52,861 nt of DNA from Altererythrobacter sp. (GTDB lineage: Bacteria; Pseudomonadota; Alphaproteobacteria; Sphingomonadales; Sphingomonadaceae). The notes under the pieces are model-generated. The model saw only the letters and a list, made by a program, of their open reading frames with translations, did no database searches and had not been told where the DNA came from. Below are positions 1 through 8,548 of the stretch, piece after piece; position 1 is the first letter of the stretch, and every line of letters begins with the position of its first letter. The stretch is from contig JAJUJV010000001.1 in assembly GCA_029265155.1 (NCBI GenBank), positions 1 through 52,861 on the forward strand, in the 5' to 3' direction. A program made the position numbers and the translations under genes.

Positions 1-300
1 GCGATGTATGGCAACTCGATGCAGGCGCTGATGCCGCACTACCTCGAAGCGACGATGGACAATTTCCGCGCCAACCAGCGCAAGCTGCAGGAATCGTTCA
101 CCGCCAGCATGGGACCGGACGCGTTCAAGCAACTTGCTGAAGCGAACATGAAGATGTTCCAGGCTGCCGCGAGCGCCTTCATGCCCGGCAACAAGCCTGC
201 CGACCGGCCGTCTTCACGCCCGGTGAGCGCCGACGACCTCGACGCGCTGCGTGAACAGATGGCGGAGATGCAGCGCAAGCTCGACGAACTTCGGAAGTAA
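1..300 (+). CDS. phaR: Polyhydroxyalkanoate synthesis repressor PhaR, C-terminal part (gene starts before the window)
   Basis: MYGNSMQALMPHYLEATMDNF and C-terminal 'DDLDALREQMAEMQRKLDEL' match alphaproteobacterial PhaR; frame is open at the window edge. Confidence 0.85.
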   Translation, partial: AMYGNSMQALMPHYLEATMDNFRANQRKLQESFTASMGPDAFKQLAEANMKMFQAAASAFMPGNKPADRPSSRPVSADDLDALREQMAEMQRKLDELRK

Positions 301-375
301 GGTCTTTGATCGCATCTCGACTTCGCCGCGCGGCAGCGGCTAGGGGCGGCGCAACTCAGCCGTAGGATCCCGATC

Positions 376-1917
376 ATGTCCGCCATTCGCCATGCCCTGA
401 CGACCAAGCGCGAAGACGATTTCGCGCAGTGGTACCAGGAAGTCGTATCCGCCGCCGACATGGCCGAGGAATCGGGCGTGCGCGGGTGCATGGTGATCAA
501 GCCGTGGGGCTACGGCATCTGGGAGCGGATGCAGCGCCTGCTCGACGCGCGCATCAAGGCAGCGGGCGTGCAGAACGCGTACTTCCCGCTGTTCATCCCG
601 CTCGGCAACTTCGAGCGCGAGGCAGCGCACGTCGAAGGCTTCGCCAAGGAAATGGCGGTCGTCACGCACCACCGGCTGATCGCCGATGGCAAGGGCGGGC
701 TGATCCCCGACCCCGAAGCCAAGCTGGAAGAACCGCTGGTGGTTCGCCCGACCTCGGAGACGATCATCGGCGACGCGATGAGCCGCTGGGTGCAGTCGTG
801 GCGCGACCTGCCGCTGCTGCTCAACCAGTGGGCCAATGTCGTGCGTTGGGAGATGCGCACCCGCATGTTCCTGCGCACCAGCGAGTTCCTCTGGCAGGAA
901 GGCCACACCGCCCACGAGAACCGCGAGGACGCCCTCAAGGAAACGATGCGGGCGCTGGAAATGTATCGTGCCTTTGCCGAGGAAGACCTGTCGGTTCCGG
1001 TGATCGCCGGCGAAAAGCCGGAGAACGAACGCTTTCCGGGCGCCGTGTCGACTTTCTCGATCGAAGCGATGATGCAGGACGGCAAGGCGCTCCAGGCCGG
1101 CACGTCGCACTATCTCGGCACCAGTTTTGCCGAAGCCGCCAGCATTCGCTTCCAGGACCGCGAAGGCGGCCAGCAACTCGCCCACACGACGAGCTGGGGC
1201 GTCTCCACCCGCCTGATCGGCGCGATGATCATGACCCATGGCGACGACGACGGGCTGCGCGTGCCCCCGGCGTTGGCGCCATGGCAGATCGTGATCCTGC
1301 CGATGCTGCGCGACAACGACGGCGATGCGGCACTGCTCGACTACTGCGAAAGCCTGCGCGGCGCGATCGCTGCCCAGCAGGTGTTCGGTGAACCGATCCG
1401 CGTCCTGCTCGACAGCAAGCCCGGCAAGGCCGCAGCCAAGCGCTGGGATTGGGTCCGCAAAGGGGCGCCGGTCATCATCGAGGTCGGCCCGCGCGATATG
1501 GAAGCCGGCAAGGTCAGCCTCCTCCGGCGCGATCAGCTGTGGGGCAGCGACGGCAAGCCCGCCTTCCAGGGTCCGAGCCGCGATGACACGGCTCAGTCGA
1601 TCGGCGCCGTGTTGGCCGAGATCCAGCAGGTGCTCTTCGCGCAGGCGGCCGAGCGGCGCGACGCCAACATCGTGCGCGGCGTCAGCAGCTTCGACGAACT
1701 CGCCGCCTTCTTTGCCGAAGACAAGCGCTATCCCGGCTGGGTCGAGGTGCAATGGTCGCGGCCAACCGGAGCGGAGCTCGACAACGTGGTCGAGCGGATC
1801 AAGGCCCTCAAGCTCACCTTCCGCAACGTGCCGCTCGATGCTGCACCTGCCGATGGTGAGTGCCTGTTTACCGGTGCCCCGGCGGTTGAACGGATCTACG
1901 TCGCCCGCGCATACTGA
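376..1917 (+). CDS. proS: Proline--tRNA ligase (archaeal/eukaryote-like type)
   Basis: DFAQWYQEVV, VRPTSET, NQWANVVRWE, EFLWQEGHT, QAGTSHYLG motifs and C-terminal ARAY. Confidence 0.96.
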   Translation: MSAIRHALTTKREDDFAQWYQEVVSAADMAEESGVRGCMVIKPWGYGIWERMQRLLDARIKAAGVQNAYFPLFIPLGNFEREAAHVEGFAKEMAVVTHHRLIADGKGGLIPDPEAKLEEPLVVRPTSETIIGDAMSRWVQSWRDLPLLLNQWANVVRWEMRTRMFLRTSEFLWQEGHTAHENREDALKETMRALEMYRAFAEEDLSVPVIAGEKPENERFPGAVSTFSIEAMMQDGKALQAGTSHYLGTSFAEAASIRFQDREGGQQLAHTTSWGVSTRLIGAMIMTHGDDDGLRVPPALAPWQIVILPMLRDNDGDAALLDYCESLRGAIAAQQVFGEPIRVLLDSKPGKAAAKRWDWVRKGAPVIIEVGPRDMEAGKVSLLRRDQLWGSDGKPAFQGPSRDDTAQSIGAVLAEIQQVLFAQAAERRDANIVRGVSSFDELAAFFAEDKRYPGWVEVQWSRPTGAELDNVVERIKALKLTFRNVPLDAAPADGECLFTGAPAVERIYVARAY

Positions 1918-1994
1918 TTCCATTCCCTCCCGTGCAATCGGGGGCAACATCGGGTAGGTTCCGCTGCGGACGGGCGAGAGGAAAGGACACGAGC

Positions 1995-2348
1995 ATGTCA
2001 CCTATCGCGAGACTGGCCCTGGCGGGTGCTCTTGTAGCGGCGCCGGCGGCGGCATGGGCTCACCACGGCTGGAGCTCTTACAACGAGGCCGAGCCGGTCA
2101 CGCTCAGCGGGCCGCTGAAAGACGTCGTCTGGGGCAACCCACACGGCACGGCCAAGATGAACTGGCAGGACAAGGAGTGGGATGTCGTGCTTGCCCCGGT
2201 GACGCGAATGACCGCGCGCGGCCTCACCCTTGAGGAGATCGACAAGGGGCAGCGGGTGACGCTGACCGGCTACGTGCGCCGCGACGGCACGCCGGAGATG
2301 CGCATCGAGCGGATCAAGGTCGGCGACAAGACCGTCGAACTGCGCTGA
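1995..2348 (+). CDS. Exported protein, DUF6152-like (signal peptide followed by HHG...WGNPH)
   Basis: ATG 1995 after AAGGA RBS; signal peptide ending AWA, then HHGWSSY; family name from recall. Confidence 0.75.
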   Translation: MSPIARLALAGALVAAPAAAWAHHGWSSYNEAEPVTLSGPLKDVVWGNPHGTAKMNWQDKEWDVVLAPVTRMTARGLTLEEIDKGQRVTLTGYVRRDGTPEMRIERIKVGDKTVELR

Positions 2349-2352
2349 CGCG

Positions 2353-2838
2353 GTGGAGAGCGCGCTGCTGGCCCTGGCCGGCGGACTCCAGGCCGCCGGA
2401 TTAGAGAACTGGGCTCGCGGCACCGCCTGGGTCTACCCGGTCGCCAACGTGCTGCACGTGCTCGGGGTGGTCATGCTGGTCGGCGCGATCGGCGTGGTCG
2501 ACTTGCGGATCGTCGGTTTCTGGCATCGCCTGCCGCTGCTCGCGCTTTCGCGGGCGCTGACCCCGATCGCCGTGGCCGGCCTGGCGGTCCAGGTTCTCTC
2601 CGGCCTCGTGCTGTTCGCTGCCGATGGCGAGGCGCTGGCACGTTCCGCCACGTTCCACCTCAAGCTGGTCCTGCTGGCGCTGGTGCTGATCAATGCTGCG
2701 GCGTTCCGCTGGCACTGGCGGCGCCACGCGACCGGCTTCGGCTATCGCCCGACCACGCCCGTACGTCTCTCGGCACTGACGTCGATCGCGCTGTGGCTCG
2801 GCGTGGCAACGGTGGGTCGACTGATCGCCTACTATTGA
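2353..2838 (+). CDS. Four-TM membrane protein, DUF6644-like
   Basis: YPVANVLHVLG...DLR...FHLKL...SIALW...GRLIAYY; hydrophobic segments; starts 4 bp after the upstream gene. Confidence 0.75.
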   Translation: MESALLALAGGLQAAGLENWARGTAWVYPVANVLHVLGVVMLVGAIGVVDLRIVGFWHRLPLLALSRALTPIAVAGLAVQVLSGLVLFAADGEALARSATFHLKLVLLALVLINAAAFRWHWRRHATGFGYRPTTPVRLSALTSIALWLGVATVGRLIAYY

Positions 2839-2869
2839 GCGCGGCCCGCGCCGCCCCCATATAGCCGCG

Positions 2870-5143
2870 ATGCCGCGCAAGAACGCACCCGGCTTGCCCC
2901 AAGGTCTTCCTTCGCGCGAGCAGATCATCGAGTTCATCCAGTCCTCCGAAAAGCCCGCGGGCAAACGCGAGATCGCCAAAGCGTTCGGCCTCAAGGGCGA
3001 AGAGAAGATCGCCCTCAAGCGCCTGCTCAAGGACATGGCCGAGGAAGGCCTGATCGACGGCAAGCGAACCGCCTTCCACCGAATGGGCGGCGTGCCGAAG
3101 GTCACCGTGCTGCGCGTCGTCGATGTCGAGGAGGGCGAGGCGATCGCCATTCCCGACGCCTGGCAGCCGGATGATGGCACCCCGCCGCCGCGCCTGCGCC
3201 TGGTCGAAAGCAAGCGCCACGCCGCGCTGCGCACCGGCGACCGCCTACTCGCGCGCACCGAGGAAACCGGCGGCGGCTGGACCGCGCATCCGATGAAGAA
3301 GCTCCCGGCACGTGGCGAAGGGCTGCTCGGCGTGGTCGAGCTCGACGGCTCGGGCAAACCCTGGCTCGCCCCGACCGACAAGCGCGTGCGCAACTCTTCG
3401 CCGATTGCCGATCTCGGCGGCGCCGAGCCGGGCCAGCTCGTGCTGGCCGAACCCGGCCGCACCCCGCGTTCGGGTGTCAAGGTGATCGAAGTCCTCGGCG
3501 ATCCGCTTGCGCCTAAGGCCTTCAGCCTGATCGCGATCCACAAGTACGGCATCCCGCACGTGTTCCGCGAGGAAGCGCTTGCCGAAGCCGAGCTCGCCGC
3601 CAAGCTTCCGTTGAGCGAGGAGCAGCGCGAGGACCTGCGCCACTTGCCGATCGTCGCCATCGACCCCGCCGACGCACGCGACCACGACGATGCGATCTGG
3701 GCTGAGCCCGATGGGGAAGGGGGTTTTCGCGCGGTCGTCGCCATCGCCGATGTCAGCTTCTACGTCCGCCCCGGCGGCCAGATCGACAAGGAAGCGCGCA
3801 AGCGCGGCAACTCGGTCTATTTCCCCGACCGCGTCGTGCCGATGCTTCCCGAAGTGTTGAGCGCCGACGTATGCTCGCTCAAGCAAGGCGAAGACCGCGC
3901 GGCGATGGTCTGCCACTTGCAGATCGACAGCCACGGCCGCGTGAAAGACTGGCGCTTCACCCGCGCGCTCGTCCGCATCGCCGAAGTCATTGCCTACGAG
4001 GATGCGCAGGCACGCATCGATTCCGGCGAGGCCGACCAGAACCTCCAGAACCTCTGGGCTGCCTGGCGGGCGCTGTTCTCCGCGCGCAATGCCCGCGATC
4101 CGCTCGAGCTCGAGCTCCCCGAGCGCCGGGTCATGCTTGACGAGAAGGGCCGCATCTTCGAAATCGCCGTGCGCGAACGGCTCGATGCGCACCGCGTTGT
4201 CGAAGATTTCATGATTGCCGCCAACGTCGCGGCGGCCAAGGCCCTCGAAAGCAAAGCGAGCCCGGTCGTCTACCGCGTCCACGAGCCGCCCACGCGCGAG
4301 AAGCTCATTGCGCTGCGCGACTACTTCGACTCGATCGGCAAGAAGCTCGCGCTTGGTCAGGTCATCACCCCCAGCCTGTTCAACCGCATGATCAAGGATA
4401 TCGCCGACGAAGGCGAGAAGGCCCTGGTCATGGAAGCGGTGCTTCGCAGCCAGACGCAGGCCTACTACGGCCCCAAGAACATGGGCCACTTCGGCCTCTC
4501 GCTCGGCAGCTACGCGCACTTCACGTCGCCGATCCGCCGCTATGCCGACTTGCTGGTCCACCGGGGGCTGGTCGACGCGTTCCACCTCGAGCAGCCGGCG
4601 CCCAAGGGAAAGCTGCCCGCCAAGAGCGGCCTGTCCGAACAGGACCGCGCCGACCTGTCGAAAGTGACCGACGCCATCAGCCAGACCGAGCGCCGGGCGA
4701 TGGAGGCGGAGCGCGATACGATCGACCGCTACGTCGCCGCCTGGCTCGCTGGCCGCATCGGCGAGACGTTCCCGACCCGCATCACCGGCGTGCAGAGCTT
4801 CGGCTTCTTCGCGACGATCGTCGGTCTCGGCGGCGACGGTCTCGTACCGGTCTCGGGCCTGGGCCGCGAATACTTCCGCTACGAGGAAGGCGCCCGCGCG
4901 CTGATCGGGGAGGACACGGGCACGCGCTACGCGGTCGGTGACATGATCGAGCTGCGCCTCGCCGAAGCCAATCCGCTCACCGGCGCGCTCAAGTTCGAAG
5001 TGCCCGACAGCGATGGCGGCAAGCCGATCGAGCCGCGCGGCAAGCGCCCTGAGCCGAAGAAGAAAGGCCGCGCGAAACACCCACAGGGCCAACGCGGCCG
5101 CCCTGCCAACATACGCCACCAGGGACGCGGACGGAAACGCTAG
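2870..5143 (+). CDS. rnr: Ribonuclease R
   Basis: IDPADARDHDDA catalytic motif, HFTSPIRRYADL, C-terminal S1 domain and basic tail. Confidence 0.95.
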   Translation: MPRKNAPGLPQGLPSREQIIEFIQSSEKPAGKREIAKAFGLKGEEKIALKRLLKDMAEEGLIDGKRTAFHRMGGVPKVTVLRVVDVEEGEAIAIPDAWQPDDGTPPPRLRLVESKRHAALRTGDRLLARTEETGGGWTAHPMKKLPARGEGLLGVVELDGSGKPWLAPTDKRVRNSSPIADLGGAEPGQLVLAEPGRTPRSGVKVIEVLGDPLAPKAFSLIAIHKYGIPHVFREEALAEAELAAKLPLSEEQREDLRHLPIVAIDPADARDHDDAIWAEPDGEGGFRAVVAIADVSFYVRPGGQIDKEARKRGNSVYFPDRVVPMLPEVLSADVCSLKQGEDRAAMVCHLQIDSHGRVKDWRFTRALVRIAEVIAYEDAQARIDSGEADQNLQNLWAAWRALFSARNARDPLELELPERRVMLDEKGRIFEIAVRERLDAHRVVEDFMIAANVAAAKALESKASPVVYRVHEPPTREKLIALRDYFDSIGKKLALGQVITPSLFNRMIKDIADEGEKALVMEAVLRSQTQAYYGPKNMGHFGLSLGSYAHFTSPIRRYADLLVHRGLVDAFHLEQPAPKGKLPAKSGLSEQDRADLSKVTDAISQTERRAMEAERDTIDRYVAAWLAGRIGETFPTRITGVQSFGFFATIVGLGGDGLVPVSGLGREYFRYEEGARALIGEDTGTRYAVGDMIELRLAEANPLTGALKFEVPDSDGGKPIEPRGKRPEPKKKGRAKHPQGQRGRPANIRHQGRGRKR

Positions 5144-5925
5144 CCGGCGGTGAGAACGCGCAACCGCTCCCCCGTCTCCTGGTCGGCGGGGAAGAACGCT
5201 TCGATCGCCAGTTCCGACAGCGTGACGTCGAGCGGCGTGCCGAACACCGTCGTCGTGGAAATGAACGAAAGCCTCCCGACGGGCGACTCCAGCAGCAGCG
5301 GGACAGCAATCGCCGGGCCGCTCAGGCGCGGTGGCGGCGCGGTGTCCGGGAAAGGTAACCGCCGCAGCTCCTGGTCGAGTGCGATCAACGCCGCGTCGCC
5401 GCTGGCGGCAATCTGCGCCTCGAGCCGCGCGAGCAGATGTGCGCGCCACTCGGAGAAGTTCACAATGCGCGGCGCCAGTCCGCGCGGATGGAGCGCGACG
5501 CGCAGCACGTTGAGCGGCGGCTGCAACAGCTCCTCGTCTATTCCCGCCAATAGCATCGGCAACGCGGCGTTCGCGTCCACCAGGTTCCACGCGCGGTCGA
5601 TCGCGAGCGCCGGGGACGGCTCGTGCGCGTTGAGCACGCGCTGCACGATCGCCCGCGCTTCGGCGAGGGCGGGATCGTCGAGCGGCCGCTCGCTATGCAC
5701 CGGCGCGTACCCCGCCGCGATCCGCAGCGCATTGTGCGCGCGCAGCGGCATGGTCAGCTCTCGCGCGAACCTGTCGACCAGCGGCGCGCTCGGGGTCGCG
5801 CGGCCGGTTTCGACGAAGCTCAAATGACGTGAGGATACTTCGCTGGCCAGCGCCAGATCGAGCTGGCTCAGCTTGCGCCGGCCGCGCCACTCACGCAGCA
5901 TTTCACCGAAAGGGCTCAGTGACAT
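5140..5925 (-). CDS. XRE-family HTH transcription regulator with MmyB-like ligand-binding domain
   Basis: LSQLDLALASEVSSRHLSFVETGR HTH; PALAIDRAWNLV and TTTVFGTPLDVTLSELAIEAFFPAD in the C-terminal domain. Confidence 0.88.
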   Translation of the reverse strand: MSLSPFGEMLREWRGRRKLSQLDLALASEVSSRHLSFVETGRATPSAPLVDRFARELTMPLRAHNALRIAAGYAPVHSERPLDDPALAEARAIVQRVLNAHEPSPALAIDRAWNLVDANAALPMLLAGIDEELLQPPLNVLRVALHPRGLAPRIVNFSEWRAHLLARLEAQIAASGDAALIALDQELRRLPFPDTAPPPRLSGPAIAVPLLLESPVGRLSFISTTTVFGTPLDVTLSELAIEAFFPADQETGERLRVLTAG

Positions 5926-5960
5926 GGCGTCATGTCTAAGAGGGCTCCCACGCGACCGCC

Positions 5961-5977
5961 ATTACCTTTGAGGTAAT
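5961..5977. promoter_or_regulatory. Palindromic operator candidate ATTACCT-N3-AGGTAAT
   Basis: Perfect 7-bp inverted repeat between the divergent regulator and membrane-protein genes. Confidence 0.65.
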
Positions 5978-6035
5978 CGACGAGGCTATCCTTACCGCCG
6001 ATCCTGCACGCCTTCCAAGCAGAGGAGTGCATGCC

Positions 6036-6425
6036 ATGTCCCCGACCAATCTTTCCCGTGTTCTCTGGCTCGACGCGCTGAGCTGCGCGGTGATCTTCGT
6101 GCTCGGCGTATTCGCCAGCGGCCCGGTCGGCGCGCTGTTGGGTCTGCCGCCCACTGTCGTCACCGCCGGCGGGTGGATTTGCCTCGCTGCGGGCGCAATG
6201 CTCGCTTTCCTCGCCATTCGCCCGGTCAAGTGGCTGCTCGCGCTGGCGGTCGTCGGCAACGTCGGCTGAGTCGCGGCCAGCCTGGCCGTGTGGCTGGTCT
6301 GGTTCGGCTCGCTTACCGGGCTCGGCCACGCCGTGCTGCTCGCGCAGGCCGCAGCCGTGGCGCTGTTCGTGGTGCTTGAGTTGCGGGGCCTGCGCAGCGC
6401 GTCCTACAAGTTCGCCAGCGCTTGA
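6036..6425 (+). pseudogene. Integral membrane protein interrupted by an in-frame TGA at 6267-6269
   Basis: AGAGGAG RBS, ATG 6036; after VGNVG* the frame continues VAASLAVWLVWFGSLTGLGHAVLLAQAAAVALFVVLELRGLR to TGA 6423-6425. Confidence 0.75.
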
Positions 6426-6463
6426 AATTCGAAGGACGGTTGATCCCTTCGTCCCCGGAGGGG

Positions 6464-6916
6464 TCAACTGATCCTGTCGATCTCTTCGTCGCTCAGCGCG
6501 CCCGGGACGATGAACAGCGGGCAGGGCAGTTGTCCGGCGCTTGCGGAGAAGTGCGTGACCAGCGGGCCCGGGTTCCCCTCGGCCGCGGCTCCGAGCACCA
6601 GCGCTGCGACTTCCGGATGCTCGGCCAGGTACTCATTGATCACCGTCTTGCCGTCACCGACCTTCACCGAGATCTGCGGCAAGAGCCCGCTTTCGCTCAT
6701 CAGCTCGCCCGCGGCGCTGTTCGCCAGAACTTCGGCCCGGTCCCGCGCTTCCTCTTCGATGGTCGCCTGGATCGCGCCGAATGCGCTGAAATCCTGCTTC
6801 GGCACCAGCGCCAGCAAGTGCACCGCGCCTTGTGTGTCCACCGCGCGCCGCGCCGCGAAGCGCAGGGCACCGTGCGCTTCCTGGCTCTCGTCAATGATGA
6901 CCAGGTAAACCCGCAT
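6464..6916 (-). CDS. Universal stress protein (UspA family)
   Basis: YLVIIDESQEA N-terminus, LVLGAA, LPCPLFIVPG C-terminus. Confidence 0.9.
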   Translation of the reverse strand: MRVYLVIIDESQEAHGALRFAARRAVDTQGAVHLLALVPKQDFSAFGAIQATIEEEARDRAEVLANSAAGELMSESGLLPQISVKVGDGKTVINEYLAEHPEVAALVLGAAAEGNPGPLVTHFSASAGQLPCPLFIVPGALSDEEIDRIS

Positions 6917-6964
6917 TCACGCTCTCCCCCGTTGCCCCGATAATCCGCGTAAAGCGGCATGCGC

Positions 6965-6990
6965 GCAAGAACCTTGGCCAAGAACCTTGC
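6965..6990. promoter_or_regulatory. Tandem CAAGAACCTTG repeat (pseudo-palindromic operator candidate)
   Basis: Identical 11-mers at 6966-6976 and 6979-6989 between divergent usp and pdhC. Confidence 0.4.
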
Positions 6991-7057
6991 CGAGCCCAGG
7001 CAAATTGGCTTTAGACGAATGCAATTCAATTCCCCTCGGAAGGACCCGCGCTCCGCC

Positions 7058-8359
7058 ATGTCGATCGCCATCAAGATGCCCGCCCTGTCCCCGACGATGG
7101 AGGAGGGCACGCTCGCCAAATGGCTGGTGAAGGTCGGCGACGAAGTCCGCGCCGGCGACATCATGGCCGAGATCGAGACCGACAAGGCGACGATGGAGTT
7201 CGAAGCGGTCGACGAGGGCGTGATCGCCGACATTGCCGTTCCCGAAGGCAGCGAAGGGGTGAAAGTCGGCACCGTCATCGCAACGCTCGCCGAAGAAGGC
7301 GAGGACCCTGCTAGCGTGAAGCCGGCTGGCGGTGGGACGAAGGCCGCGAGCTCAGACCGTCAAGCCGCAGCCCCCGCCAAGGCGGACGAAGCCCTTGTTT
7401 CCGCAGAGGCGCAATCCGCTCCGACTAAAACTCCCGCACCGGCGCCAACCCAAGCCAAGGCAGCTCCTTCTGGCGACCGCGTCATCGCCTCGCCCCTCGC
7501 CAAGCGCATCGCGGCGGAGAAGGGCATCGACCTTTCGACCGTTCAAGGCAGCGGCCCCAACGGCCGCATCGTCAAGGCAGACGTCGAGGGCGCGCAGCCC
7601 GGCGCTGCCGCTCCGGCCAAGGCCGCGACGCCTGCCGCCGCAGCGCCCGCACCGGCGCAGGACTTCGGCATCGCGCACGAGGAAGAAAAGCTCAGCGGCA
7701 TGCAGAAGACCATCGCGCGCCGTCTGACCGAGTCGAAGCAGACGATCCCGCACTTCTACGTCACCGTCGACGTGCGTCTCGACCCGCTGCTCAAGCTGCG
7801 CGCCGAGCTCAATTCCGCGCTCGAAAGCCGCGGGGTGAAGCTCTCGGTCAACGACCTGATGATCAAGGCGTTGGCCCAGGCGCTGCTCCAGGTCCCGGCC
7901 TGCAACGTCCAGTACACCGGGGAATCGCTGCTCAAGTTCAGCCGCGCCGACATCTCGGTTGCGGTGGCGATCCCCGGCGGGCTGATTACGCCGATCATCG
8001 TCGATGCCGGCAACAAGTCGCTGTCGACCATCGCCACCGAGATGAAGGATCTCGCCGAGCGCGCCCGCGAGGGCAAGCTGCAGCCGCACGAATACCAGGG
8101 CGGCACCGCCAGCATCTCCAACATGGGCATGTACGGGGTGAAGCAGTTCGACGCGGTCATCAACCCGCCGCAAGCGATGATCATGGCCATCGGCTCGGGC
8201 GAGAAGCGGCCTTACGTGATCGACGATTCGCTCCAGATCGCCACTGTGATGAGCGCCACCGGCAGCTTCGACCACCGCGCGATGAACGGCACCGACGGCG
8301 CCGAGCTGATGAAGGTGTTCAAGGAACTCTGCGAAAAGCCGCTGGGTCTCGTGGCGTAA
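7058..8359 (+). CDS. pdhC: Pyruvate dehydrogenase E2 dihydrolipoamide acetyltransferase
   Basis: Lipoyl domain [24 protein letters not shown]3-binding domain, FDHR catalytic motif; ATG 7058 after GGAAGGA. Confidence 0.95.
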   Translation: MSIAIKMPALSPTMEEGTLAKWLVKVGDEVRAGDIMAEIETDKATMEFEAVDEGVIADIAVPEGSEGVKVGTVIATLAEEGEDPASVKPAGGGTKAASSDRQAAAPAKADEALVSAEAQSAPTKTPAPAPTQAKAAPSGDRVIASPLAKRIAAEKGIDLSTVQGSGPNGRIVKADVEGAQPGAAAPAKAATPAAAAPAPAQDFGIAHEEEKLSGMQKTIARRLTESKQTIPHFYVTVDVRLDPLLKLRAELNSALESRGVKLSVNDLMIKALAQALLQVPACNVQYTGESLLKFSRADISVAVAIPGGLITPIIVDAGNKSLSTIATEMKDLAERAREGKLQPHEYQGGTASISNMGMYGVKQFDAVINPPQAMIMAIGSGEKRPYVIDDSLQIATVMSATGSFDHRAMNGTDGAELMKVFKELCEKPLGLVA

Positions 8360-8386
8360 GCTCTAAGCGTTTTCCTACTCGAGCTT

Positions 8387-8401
8387 GTTCTGTCAGTGTT
8401 C
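8387..8401 (+). promoter_or_regulatory. Alphaproteobacterial LexA (SOS) box GTTC-N7-GTTC
   Basis: GTTCtgtcagtGTTC, an exact consensus match in an intergenic region, 5 bp before an ATG. Confidence 0.65.
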
Positions 8402-8406
8402 TCCTG

Positions 8407-8505
8407 ATGCCAACCGAATCGCTCTTCGCCGCTGAACGGAACCGGAGGCTGACGAAGCTCCGCGCGCGACGTCGCGATCGGGCGTTTAAACGGGGGAGGG
8501 CGTAA
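8407..8505 (+). CDS. Putative 32-aa basic small protein or gene remnant (MPTESLFAAERNRRLTKLRARRRDRAFKRGRA)
   Basis: ATG 8407 to TAA 8503-8505, immediately after the LexA box; no SD, possibly leaderless. Confidence 0.35.
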   Translation: MPTESLFAAERNRRLTKLRARRRDRAFKRGRA

Positions 8506-8548
8506 TCTTAGTAATCTTCCGCCCGCTGACCTGTCGCGCTGGCCGTTC

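Noticed and set aside
1935-1962. Minus-strand GGAAC-N17-CGAT as an EcfG promoter antisense to proS
   Set aside because: The -10 element mismatches CGTT and there is no downstream RBS or credible ORF
340-5590. Long antisense ORFs (340-2001, 2401-3744, 3245-5590) and similar ones opposite lpdA, metG, mreB and mrdA
   Set aside because: Shadow frames of strongly biased high-GC genes, with no recognisable motifs
6267-6269. TGA as selenocysteine or an alternative genetic code
   Set aside because: Membrane-helix context fits Trp, there is no redox motif or evident SECIS, and TGA is the normal stop throughout the window
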